This document shows positions 56,440 through 64,000 of a stretch of DNA of 64,000 bases, piece after piece. How positions within the stretch are numbered: the first letter of the stretch is position 1; each line of letters starts with the position of its first letter. The stretch covers positions 3,458 to 67,457 of the forward strand of contig JBMSEL010000006.1 in the NCBI GenBank assembly GCA_049412325.1, read 5' to 3'. Origin of the DNA: Poseidonia sp. GTDB taxonomy: Archaea > Thermoplasmatota > Poseidoniia > Poseidoniales > Poseidoniaceae. Below the pieces are notes generated by a model. It saw only the letters and a list, made by a program, of their open reading frames with translations. It was not told the origin of the DNA and did no database searches. The translations under genes were made by a program, and so were the position numbers.

Positions 56440-58197
56440 TCATACCGGGTCTTGAACGGCGGCCATCAAGGCTTCAACATCAAATTCGGCACCGTTCAGC
56501 GGCACACGGAGGTCGAAAAGGGAAGCCACCGCCGGGTCGAGTTCGCCGAAGCAACCGACCCACGTTCCGCCAACGATGACTTTTGAGGCTCGCCCCGCAA
56601 GCCATGGGCCCACACCAGCATCAAGGGGTTCTGCACGCCACTCTTCAACGCCAAGATCCCTGCACAGGGCTTGAATTCGGCCGCGGACTGCTGCGAAACC
56701 ACCGCTTCGTTCGGCTGTGATGAAGGCAAGCCGCTCAGCGTTTTGGTGGTCTCTGACAACCGTGCCCAACTCGTACACCGACTGGGGTAAGTCGTGATGT
56801 CGGTTCCCTGCTAAGAGTTTCAACAACCCTGGAAGGAGGTGTTGTCGCAACATGGTGTGGTCAACGGTGATCGGATTGGTGATGACGGTTACCTCATGGG
56901 CTGGTGTCCATCGCATGTTCTCGAATTGGTCGGTTTGGTTGGAGAGCGTGAGTGATTGAATTTGCATCATTCCCATGCCTTGCATTGAGGTGCGAAGTCG
57001 GCGGCGAAGATGATGGTCTGGCCGAGGTTGAGCGGTAAGGGTTGCTTTTGGAACGTCGGTCCCGAGGTCTTCGTAGCCGTGGCCAATGGCCAACTCTTCA
57101 ACGAGATCCACTGGATGCAAGAGGTCAAATCGCCAGCGTGGCATCGTGAAGATCAGTTCTTGTGTTCCTGCACTGGCGACGGCCATCGAGGCGGATTGGT
57201 TCGGAGCGTCATTGGGAGCGGGTTGTCGCCCCTCAAAGCGTCCGCCCATGCGATGAATCGCTTGCTGGATTTCTTCGTCGGTGAAGGTTCTGCCCAGAAG
57301 GTTCTGGACGAGTTCTTCAGGAACGAAGTGAGTTTTTCCATCTCCGATTGGGGTGGTGATTTGTTCGCCCTTGCAAGTGGTGATCTCAACGGATTCAACT
57401 TTTCCTCCCCGTTGTGCAAGTTGGAGACAAATCAGCATCAAGGCTGCTTCGCAAGCACGTTCATCCCACCCGGTTACATCCACAAAGAAATCCCTGGTGG
57501 CGTGCGTGACCGTGGTGTGGTCGCCGTTGATGATGGGCGGGAATGAAAGGACATCGTCGTTCTTATCAAGAATCAATGGGTATCTTGCCATCCCCTCGAG
57601 AAGGTGGGCGTAATCCAGACCCTTGGGGTGCTTGAGGAGAATGTCGTCAACACTCATGGCTTGGTCGTAAGCAAGAGGCACAAATTCGTGTGTTCCATCA
57701 ACGGCGACCACACGAAATGGAGGAGCGAGCTTGGCGAAATCATGCACGCCGATGGAGGCGCGTTGTCGCCCTCTTCCCAGGGCAAAATGGAGTTTCTCTT
57801 GGTGGTCCATCAGGCCTTTGATGAACGCCTCAACTTCTTCCTCATCATCGGGCACGGCGACGTTGCGGACAAGCGCACCGTAGATCACCGGTCGAACGGT
57901 TGCTAATTCCGCATCAACGGTCATCGTGATGCCACTTGGTTGAACCTCGAGGTCGGGCGAAGCCGGTGCATCATGGAGGAAATTCGCCATGGCGAAGGCC
58001 AGCGTTTCACCGCTCAGTAAATCCGGTCGGTCGGGGAAGATTTCGATGTCGAGTTGATCTTCAGTGCAGGCATCGATGTCCGTTCCAAGTAAGGGAAGTT
58101 CATCGTTGAGTCGCTCGATGTCGTGTTCAAATCCCAAGTCTTCCATCAAACTGCGGAGCAGCGATTGTGGAACGGAAATCGTTGGCAATGTGATCAC
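56440..58197 (-). CDS. pheT: Phenylalanine--tRNA ligase beta subunit (archaeal type)
   Basis: PDRPDLLS, QEKLH, PPIIN, RFDLLHPVDLVEELAIGHGY, NPIT…LR. Confidence 0.96.
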   Translation of the reverse strand: MITLPTISVPQSLLRSLMEDLGFEHDIERLNDELPLLGTDIDACTEDQLDIEIFPDRPDLLSGETLAFAMANFLHDAPASPDLEVQPSGITMTVDAELATVRPVIYGALVRNVAVPDDEEEVEAFIKGLMDHQEKLHFALGRGRQRASIGVHDFAKLAPPFRVVAVDGTHEFVPLAYDQAMSVDDILLKHPKGLDYAHLLEGMARYPLILDKNDDVLSFPPIINGDHTTVTHATRDFFVDVTGWDERACEAALMLICLQLAQRGGKVESVEITTCKGEQITTPIGDGKTHFVPEELVQNLLGRTFTDEEIQQAIHRMGGRFEGRQPAPNDAPNQSASMAVASAGTQELIFTMPRWRFDLLHPVDLVEELAIGHGYEDLGTDVPKATLTAQPRPDHHLRRRLRTSMQGMGMMQIQSLTLSNQTDQFENMRWTPAHEVTVITNPITVDHTMLRQHLLPGLLKLLAGNRHHDLPQSVYELGTVVRDHQNAERLAFITAERSGGFAAVRGRIQALCRDLGVEEWRAEPLDAGVGPWLAGRASKVIVGGTWVGCFGELDPAVASLFDLRVPLNGAEFDVEALMAAVQDPV

Positions 58198-59768
58198 CTC
58201 GCAAACCAGTGCGGAAGTGGGCGCTCGTATCCTGCAAGACGCAGACCACTGACGGCCGCTGTTTCATGGTTCAGCGCACGTAGGTGCTTTCGTTCAAGCA
58301 TGTCAATGCTGTTGATGCCAATTCGTCGAAGTTCCCCTGACAAGTCCTCTTGTGTACCTTGAAGCCAGTAGGCGATGTCTTCCGTGTCAGCCATGGGAAC
58401 CGCACACCCAACGATATCGACGCCTGAAGCCACCAGTACAGCGAGGTCATGGCCACTGGCGGCAAAACCGAGAAGGAAACCGGTTTGTGTTGACCCGTTT
58501 GAGAGATGTTCTTTCTTTGAGCGGCCGGTCATCGGGAGCGCAGCGGCTTCTGAAATCCCCGAGCCATCCTCAATCCTGGCCATGGCAAGGTCGAGTCCAT
58601 GATGAGCCGCTCTGGCATGGAGGGCTTGGACTCGTCCGATGGCGTCGACCAACCCCGCCGGTGCGTTCGCAATGGCCATGGAACGCAAGGCCACCAACAA
58701 GCCATCGAGTTGCTCGGCATTCAGCGGAGGAAGGTTGCCAAGGTCGATGATGAAACCACCTGCATTGGGAAGGGCTTCGCTCGTTCGAAGCAAGTTCGCT
58801 CGGCTGACGAGCAAGACATCAACGGCCCGTGGGTCTTCAGTGACCAAAGCCGGGTGTCGAAGCAGGATATGACGAACCGTGTCGTCCACCTCGGATGCTG
58901 GTGTCATCGTCGTTCCAGATGAAAGGCATGGGAGGAGAGGGAGGGGGAGAGCGAGTGATTGAACCTGATCAGCCAACCCCAGAAGCGCCACTGTGTCAAC
59001 GGTTTCGTAAGGGCGCAGTTGTTGTGCTTCACTGGTCAATCCAATGGTGGAGAGGTCGTCAGTGGATACAGCGTAACTTGTCCGCTCAATGTTGAGTCCC
59101 TCTTGGGCCATCAAACAGACGGCATCAGAGGGGACATGCATGGTCTCATCTTCGAGCAAGTCGTTGATTTCCTTGAGTTCTTTCTTCTCCAGTGGCCGAA
59201 GGACAACCCCGGGTGGCGGTGAGGGGCATCGTCCATTCACGACGATGCGCCCGCCGATCATTCCGGCGCCTGGGTCGGGCCCGACATCACCATGGACGAC
59301 GATCAAACCGTCCTCCATTCCTCCGCCGATTCGGGCGCCAGCCGCACCACGGATGAAGAGGTGGCCGCCGGACATTTCCGCACCAGCATCGTTGCCACAT
59401 CCGTCGAGAACGGTGATGCTGCCGTCAGACATTCGATATCCGACAAAATCCCCAGCCATGCGTTCACAAACGATGGTGGTGCCGCGGTTTGCCGCACCGA
59501 GGAATCCACCTGCGTCGCCTTGGAGTGTGAAGGTACCACCCACGCCGAAGGCGGCAACCCACGAGCCCAGCACGCCGAGTGCCCGGAGCCTCGCCCCTTC
59601 GGGCAATCCGGGGCACAAGCCCAATTCACCGTTCTTGGGAACAGGGTCACCAGCATTGGTCCAGCCGATGCGGAGGATGGCGTTTTGTTCGGCCGCCGCC
59701 ATCAGACGAGGTCCAAGTTTCTCGTTGATGTTCAGCGAGCGCTGGACGACCTCGGAAACATCCGCCAT
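58194..59768 (-). CDS. GXGXG (GltB domain 3/FwdC-like) beta-helix fused to a degenerate FMN-glutamate-synthase-like domain
   Basis: Repeats GDAGGFLG, AGDFVG.RM..G, GARIGGGM..G. C-terminus LRALNHETAAVSGLRLAG resembles the end of the GltB FMN domain. Start reassigned to the ATG at 59768. Confidence 0.75.
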   Translation of the reverse strand: MADVSEVVQRSLNINEKLGPRLMAAAEQNAILRIGWTNAGDPVPKNGELGLCPGLPEGARLRALGVLGSWVAAFGVGGTFTLQGDAGGFLGAANRGTTIVCERMAGDFVGYRMSDGSITVLDGCGNDAGAEMSGGHLFIRGAAGARIGGGMEDGLIVVHGDVGPDPGAGMIGGRIVVNGRCPSPPPGVVLRPLEKKELKEINDLLEDETMHVPSDAVCLMAQEGLNIERTSYAVSTDDLSTIGLTSEAQQLRPYETVDTVALLGLADQVQSLALPLPLLPCLSSGTTMTPASEVDDTVRHILLRHPALVTEDPRAVDVLLVSRANLLRTSEALPNAGGFIIDLGNLPPLNAEQLDGLLVALRSMAIANAPAGLVDAIGRVQALHARAAHHGLDLAMARIEDGSGISEAAALPMTGRSKKEHLSNGSTQTGFLLGFAASGHDLAVLVASGVDIVGCAVPMADTEDIAYWLQGTQEDLSGELRRIGINSIDMLERKHLRALNHETAAVSGLRLAGYERPLPHWFAR

Positions 59769-59904
59769 GGAACAGGGTTGTGCCTCCCCCACAAATAGAC
59801 TGCTGTTTGCCAAGGGTGAGCGAGGGTCTTTGCTTGGAGCGTTGGATTTGGTGGACTTGAGAAGCCTTATTGACGGCCTTTGTGAGCAAAGCATGGAGAA
59901 GGTC

Positions 59905-60942
59905 ATGACCATCAAAGTGGCAATTAACGGATACGGCACCATTGGAAAGCGTGTCGCAGACGCAGTGGATGCGCAAGACGACATGGAAATTATTGGCGTG
60001 ACCAAAACTCGCCCGTCCTTTGGTTGCGATCTGGCGGTGAGAAAGGACTACCCCCTGTATTGTACTTACAACGATCCGGAGAAAATTGCAGCTTTTGCTC
60101 CTGCTGGCTACACCTGCCACGGGGGTCTTGACGACCTTTTGGCCGTCGCTGACATCGTCATCGATTGTTCACCTGGCAACGTCGGAGCAGCCAACAAGGA
60201 AGCCTATGTCAAGGCCGGCGTGAAGTACATCTTTCAGGGTGGAGAAAAGCATGCCATGGCTGAGTTGTCTTACACGTCGTCAGCCAACCACGCAGAAAAC
60301 ATGAACGCAGCCGGCACACGTGTGGTCTCGTGCAACACCACCGGTTTGTCCCGAACCTTGGTCCCCTTGTACGAGCACTGCGGTTCGCTCAAAGTAGAGT
60401 GCACCATGATTCGAAGGGCCGCCGACCCCGGCGATTCGAAGAAAGGTCCCATCAACGCCATCAAGCCTGTGCTGAAGGTACCCTCGCACCATGGCCCTGA
60501 CGTGATGACGGTCAAGCCCGAAATTGACATCAATTCCATGGCCGTTGCCGTTCCAACCACGCTCATGCATTGCCATTCCATCGTGGCCTTCCTTCCAGAG
60601 GGCCATGGTTTGACCACCGAGAAGGTCCTCGCCCTATGGGGTGAACAACCCCGCATCATCATCATGAACGGCGCAGAAACCAACATCACCACAACAGCCG
60701 AGGTCATGGAGTACGCTCGAGACATTGGTCGAAAATGGGGCGACCTGCACGAAATTTTCGTTTGGGAAGACGGTGTAAAACTGGACGGCGACACGCTCTA
60801 CTACTTCCAGGCCATTCACCAAGAGTCCGATGTGATTCCCGAAAACGTGGATGCCATCCGCGCTTTAATGGGGACTGAAGCCGATTGGCGTGTGTCCGTT
60901 GCGAAAACGGATGCGGCTATTTCTGCCTACAATGGATTGTGA
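59905..60942 (+). CDS. gap: Glyceraldehyde-3-phosphate dehydrogenase, archaeal type II
   Basis: VAINGYGTIGKRVA, FQGGE, VVSCNTTGL, PSHHGPDV, HQES…PENVDAIRA. Alternative start at 59893. Confidence 0.96.
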   Translation: MTIKVAINGYGTIGKRVADAVDAQDDMEIIGVTKTRPSFGCDLAVRKDYPLYCTYNDPEKIAAFAPAGYTCHGGLDDLLAVADIVIDCSPGNVGAANKEAYVKAGVKYIFQGGEKHAMAELSYTSSANHAENMNAAGTRVVSCNTTGLSRTLVPLYEHCGSLKVECTMIRRAADPGDSKKGPINAIKPVLKVPSHHGPDVMTVKPEIDINSMAVAVPTTLMHCHSIVAFLPEGHGLTTEKVLALWGEQPRIIIMNGAETNITTTAEVMEYARDIGRKWGDLHEIFVWEDGVKLDGDTLYYFQAIHQESDVIPENVDAIRALMGTEADWRVSVAKTDAAISAYNGL

Positions 60943-61009
60943 GTCTCGACGAAGTCCTGTAGGCACAGGCAAGAGCGACCTTCAAAAGCCCTTGACCGGT
61001 CCGCAGACC

Positions 61010-64000
61010 ATGGTTTCACGAGCCTCGCTCTTGCTCGTTCTTCTCCTGCTGGTTTCGGCACCGTTGTCTGTCCTTGCCGAAGGGGTGGGCAACGATGGTG
61101 CACACAGCCTTGATGCAGAAACGGAAGCACCCCTCACTGAAGAAGAACGATTGGTGCTCGCTTCATCCCATTGGAACATGATGCCAGCGGCCAAGATGGT
61201 GCCCGTGCCATTGAGTCCAGCAACGGGTGTTCTTCACCTCGCTCTTGGGTCGTTTGACCCCTTGTTGGGGGATGGCCCCGAAGTACCTGAGGGGTTTACC
61301 CGTAGCAATGATGTTGCCCATACCGGGATGGTGATGGTCCAGCTTGAGGCTCCCGACGGCACCGTTCTTGACCGTTTGGTCAACCAGTATGATTTGACCG
61401 TGCTGGATGTGTTGCATGACGAGGGGTGGCTGGTTCGTCTCCCCGCTGAAAACTCAGCCGTTTTCGATGCGCTGCAGCATGAAGAGGGCGTTCGCTGGGT
61501 TGGTCAATACCAGCCCGGTTGGCGGGTGGCTCCCACCCTGTTGATGCAACCCGCCGCTGCCAAGGCGCTGGCCGTTATACCCACGCCGGATTTGGGTGTG
61601 GGAGGATACGCAGCCTTGGCCACAGACATGATTCGCTACGGCGCTTTTGAAGCGTCGTGCGATGCTTGGATGTGCTACGCTGCTGCTGAGCCTTCATCCA
61701 TGAAAACGGTCGTGCAACACCTGGCCCATGATGGTCGGGTTTTGTGGGCCGAACCCACCTCTGAGTTGCGCGTTCACAACGCCTTGGCGTGGTCGATTGC
61801 AGGCGTCCAAAACGTGGCCAACAACGCTACGTTCACCCTCGACGGTTCGGGTGAAATGATCGCCATTGCCGACACCGGGCTCGACCTAAATCATCCCGAC
61901 TTGACCGGCAGGGTCGCCGCCACCTCAACCCAGTTTGGTCTCGATCCTTCTCCCGCAGACAGCAACAGCGGTCACGGCACGCACATCGCTATCTCCGTGC
62001 TTGGCAATGGCTCTGGCGACGCCGATGCTCGTGGCGTTGCGCCGGCTGCAAATCTCGTCATGTACGCCCTCGAGCACGACCCTACGGGAACCTTTGGCCG
62101 CATTGGCTCGATTTACGACATGCTTCGTGATGCTGAACAGCTAACGGCTCGTATTTCGGTCAACGCGTGGGGACTCAACGGCAACTACGGTCAATACACA
62201 GCAGATGCTCGCTCAGTGGACTCCTTTGTCCACGACCGGAAGGACTTGACGCCAGTGTTTTCGATTGGCGACAGGGGAACATTTGGCGCATCTCAAGTCT
62301 CTTCGCCGGCCACTGCCAAGAACGTTCTCGCTGTTGGTGCTTCTACAACAGGAGCGAGTGGGACTCCCAATGCTGGTGCGGTGGTGAATTTCTCCTCGCT
62401 CGGCCCGAGTTTGGACGGACGCATCAAACCCGACATCGTGGCACCGGGCGTTGGAATTTGCTCAGGGCTGGCCGAAGAGGCGAAGAATCCAGCTGGTCCG
62501 TCCTGTCTGACCGGGACACACGCCGGTGGCAATGCCTACTACATGACGCTCAGCGGCACATCGCAGGCCACGGCGATTGCATCAGGTGTTACCGGACTGA
62601 CCCGAGAATTCATCCGCGAGCAGGTCGGGGTATCCTCTCCTTCCAGTTCATTGGTGAAAGCTGCGCTCATCAACGGTGCTCGTGATCTCGGAACGCCGGA
62701 TATCCCCAATGCCGCCGAGGGTTGGGGGGAAGTGAATTTGGAGCGAACCGTGCTACCCATGGATGGGACGACGGCTCTTGACACCTTCATGGATGACAAA
62801 AAAGTCCTGTCGCCTGGTTTCGGCCTTCTGTATTCGTTTTCTATTGACCCCTCCCACGGTCTCGACATCACCCTCGCATGGACCGATGAGGCCGGAAGCG
62901 CCAACGCACCCCAAAGTGAAGCACGACTTGTCAACAATCTCGACCTGGTGCTGGTCGGGCCGGACGGGACGGAATGGCTCGGTAATGACTTCAGTCAGGG
63001 GTTCACAACCACGGGCGGAACAGCCGATGATGTCAACAATGTCGAGCGCATTCGTGTCGCGCCAGGCGTCCTTCCGTCGGGGGCGGACGATTACGTGCTC
63101 AAAGTTCTCCATCGAGGTGGAACCCAACAGGATTTTGCTCTGGTGATGAGCGCTGTCGCTACGCCCACCCCACAACCTGATTTGGCGGTCTTTGATGGGA
63201 GCATCGTTTCTTCGTCGGAAAATCCCCTCAAAGACGATCTGGTGTCCATTCGCCTCGCTTGGGTCAATCAAGGCACCAGCACGACGGCACCGTTTGACAT
63301 CATCCTGGAGGACACCACCACTCAAACCGTTCTTGCTACCTCGACCCGTCCGGCTCTTGGTCCGGGGATGCTCGATTCGTATTCCATTTTCCATCAGTTC
63401 ACGACAACAGGCGTCCACACCTTGCGTCTCTCGGTCGACACCGGGGGCGTGGTGAACGAAATGAACGACGCTACAACGGGCACGGACAACAACATTTGGA
63501 TTCAAGATGTTGAAGTGATGGCACTCGGCGTCCGTGTGGTGGTTGAAAACGACGATGGGAGTATTCCAGAAACGTCAGAGGAACGAACCTCCAACGCCCA
63601 GATGGTGTTGGATGTACGAAACGATTCTGGTATTGATGTCCCGCTTTCAATTTTGCATGAAGGAACTGGAAATCAGTCCGTGAAGGTGTCGGCTACCATG
63701 GTCCAAATTCCAGCTCCTGGCCGAGATGATTTCTTTTTGCCAAGTCCCGATATGTGGACCCGCACCTTTGACGGAAGCACCACGTTCACCCTGACGGCCC
63801 AAGGAACAGTGGATGCAAACAAATCGCTCAATTTGCGGCTCGAAGACATTGATGCAGATTTGACGACCGACCCCAACAACCCCAGGTATGTTCGTTCTGG
63901 TACGTACGTTCTCGAAATCACCGCTCGGTACGAGTATCAACCGACGGTGGCCCACACTCAGCGAATCACCATTGAGGTCGAGCAACTCGACCAAGTGCAA
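61010..64000 (+). CDS. Secreted Kp43-like S8 serine protease with C-terminal beta-sandwich and CARDB-like domains (3'-truncated; absent from ORF track)
   Basis: Hand-translated from the ATG at 61010: MVSRASLLLVLLLLVSAPLSVLA…IADTG (~61865)…SGHGTH…SPATAKNVLAVGA…GRIKPDIVAPG…SGTSQAT…GWG…LAWTD…NNLDL…NNVE…PDLAV. No in-frame stop seen in the stretches translated. Confidence 0.92.
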   Translation, partial: MVSRASLLLVLLLLVSAPLSVLAEGVGNDGAHSLDAETEAPLTEEERLVLASSHWNMMPAAKMVPVPLSPATGVLHLALGSFDPLLGDGPEVPEGFTRSNDVAHTGMVMVQLEAPDGTVLDRLVNQYDLTVLDVLHDEGWLVRLPAENSAVFDALQHEEGVRWVGQYQPGWRVAPTLLMQPAAAKALAVIPTPDLGVGGYAALATDMIRYGAFEASCDAWMCYAAAEPSSMKTVVQHLAHDGRVLWAEPTSELRVHNALAWSIAGVQNVANNATFTLDGSGEMIAIADTGLDLNHPDLTGRVAATSTQFGLDPSPADSNSGHGTHIAISVLGNGSGDADARGVAPAANLVMYALEHDPTGTFGRIGSIYDMLRDAEQLTARISVNAWGLNGNYGQYTADARSVDSFVHDRKDLTPVFSIGDRGTFGASQVSSPATAKNVLAVGASTTGASGTPNAGAVVNFSSLGPSLDGRIKPDIVAPGVGICSGLAEEAKNPAGPSCLTGTHAGGNAYYMTLSGTSQATAIASGVTGLTREFIREQVGVSSPSSSLVKAALINGARDLGTPDIPNAAEGWGEVNLERTVLPMDGTTALDTFMDDKKVLSPGFGLLYSFSIDPSHGLDITLAWTDEAGSANAPQSEARLVNNLDLVLVGPDGTEWLGNDFSQGFTTTGGTADDVNNVERIRVAPGVLPSGADDYVLKVLHRGGTQQDFALVMSAVATPTPQPDLAVFDGSIVSSSENPLKDDLVSIRLAWVNQGTSTTAPFDIILEDTTTQTVLATSTRPALGPGMLDSYSIFHQFTTTGVHTLRLSVDTGGVVNEMNDATTGTDNNIWIQDVEVMALGVRVVVENDDGSIPETSEERTSNAQMVLDVRNDSGIDVPLSILHEGTGNQSVKVSATMVQIPAPGRDDFFLPSPDMWTRTFDGSTTFTLTAQGTVDANKSLNLRLEDIDADLTTDPNNPRYVRSGTYVLEITARYEYQPTVAHTQRITIEVEQLDQVQ

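Noticed and set aside
59089-59904. Apparent 270-aa N-terminal extension on GAPDH
   Set aside because: Most of it is the antisense read of the GXGXG gene. GAPDH homology starts at MTIKVAING.

Overview
Gene-dense archaeal DNA. Archaeal-type GAPDH, PheT, GluRS, uS15, RNase HII, ArcS and AglB, together with many giant acidic secreted proteins, point to Marine Group II Euryarchaeota (Ca. Poseidoniales); this assignment is inference from gene content. I found no rRNA, tRNA, CRISPR array, transposase or integrase. The first 35 kb is mostly cell-envelope genes: a 3185-aa AglB/STT3 oligosaccharyltransferase with extra N-terminal membrane helices and a ~1750-aa sequon-rich tail, an atypical S8 protease, a beta-helix surface protein, an NLR-like wHTH-STAND-TPR protein, three coupled class-III-signal (pilin-like) genes, a Ca-binding DxDxDG repeat protein and a ~1800-aa anchored surface protein. 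The rest is housekeeping mixed with oddities: a pyroglutamyl peptidase-Nudix fusion, a probable inactivated RecJ/GAN (Cdc45-like) gene after rps15, a degenerate glutamate-synthase-like fusion coupled to pheT and an SRAP gene, and a Kp43-like S8 protease that runs off the window end and is missing from the ORF track. Many likely start codons lie 29-30 nt downstream of a non-canonical TT(C/G)AAA-like box, which suggests leaderless transcription. Starts were hand-adjusted and all family assignments come from reading motifs, not from database searches.
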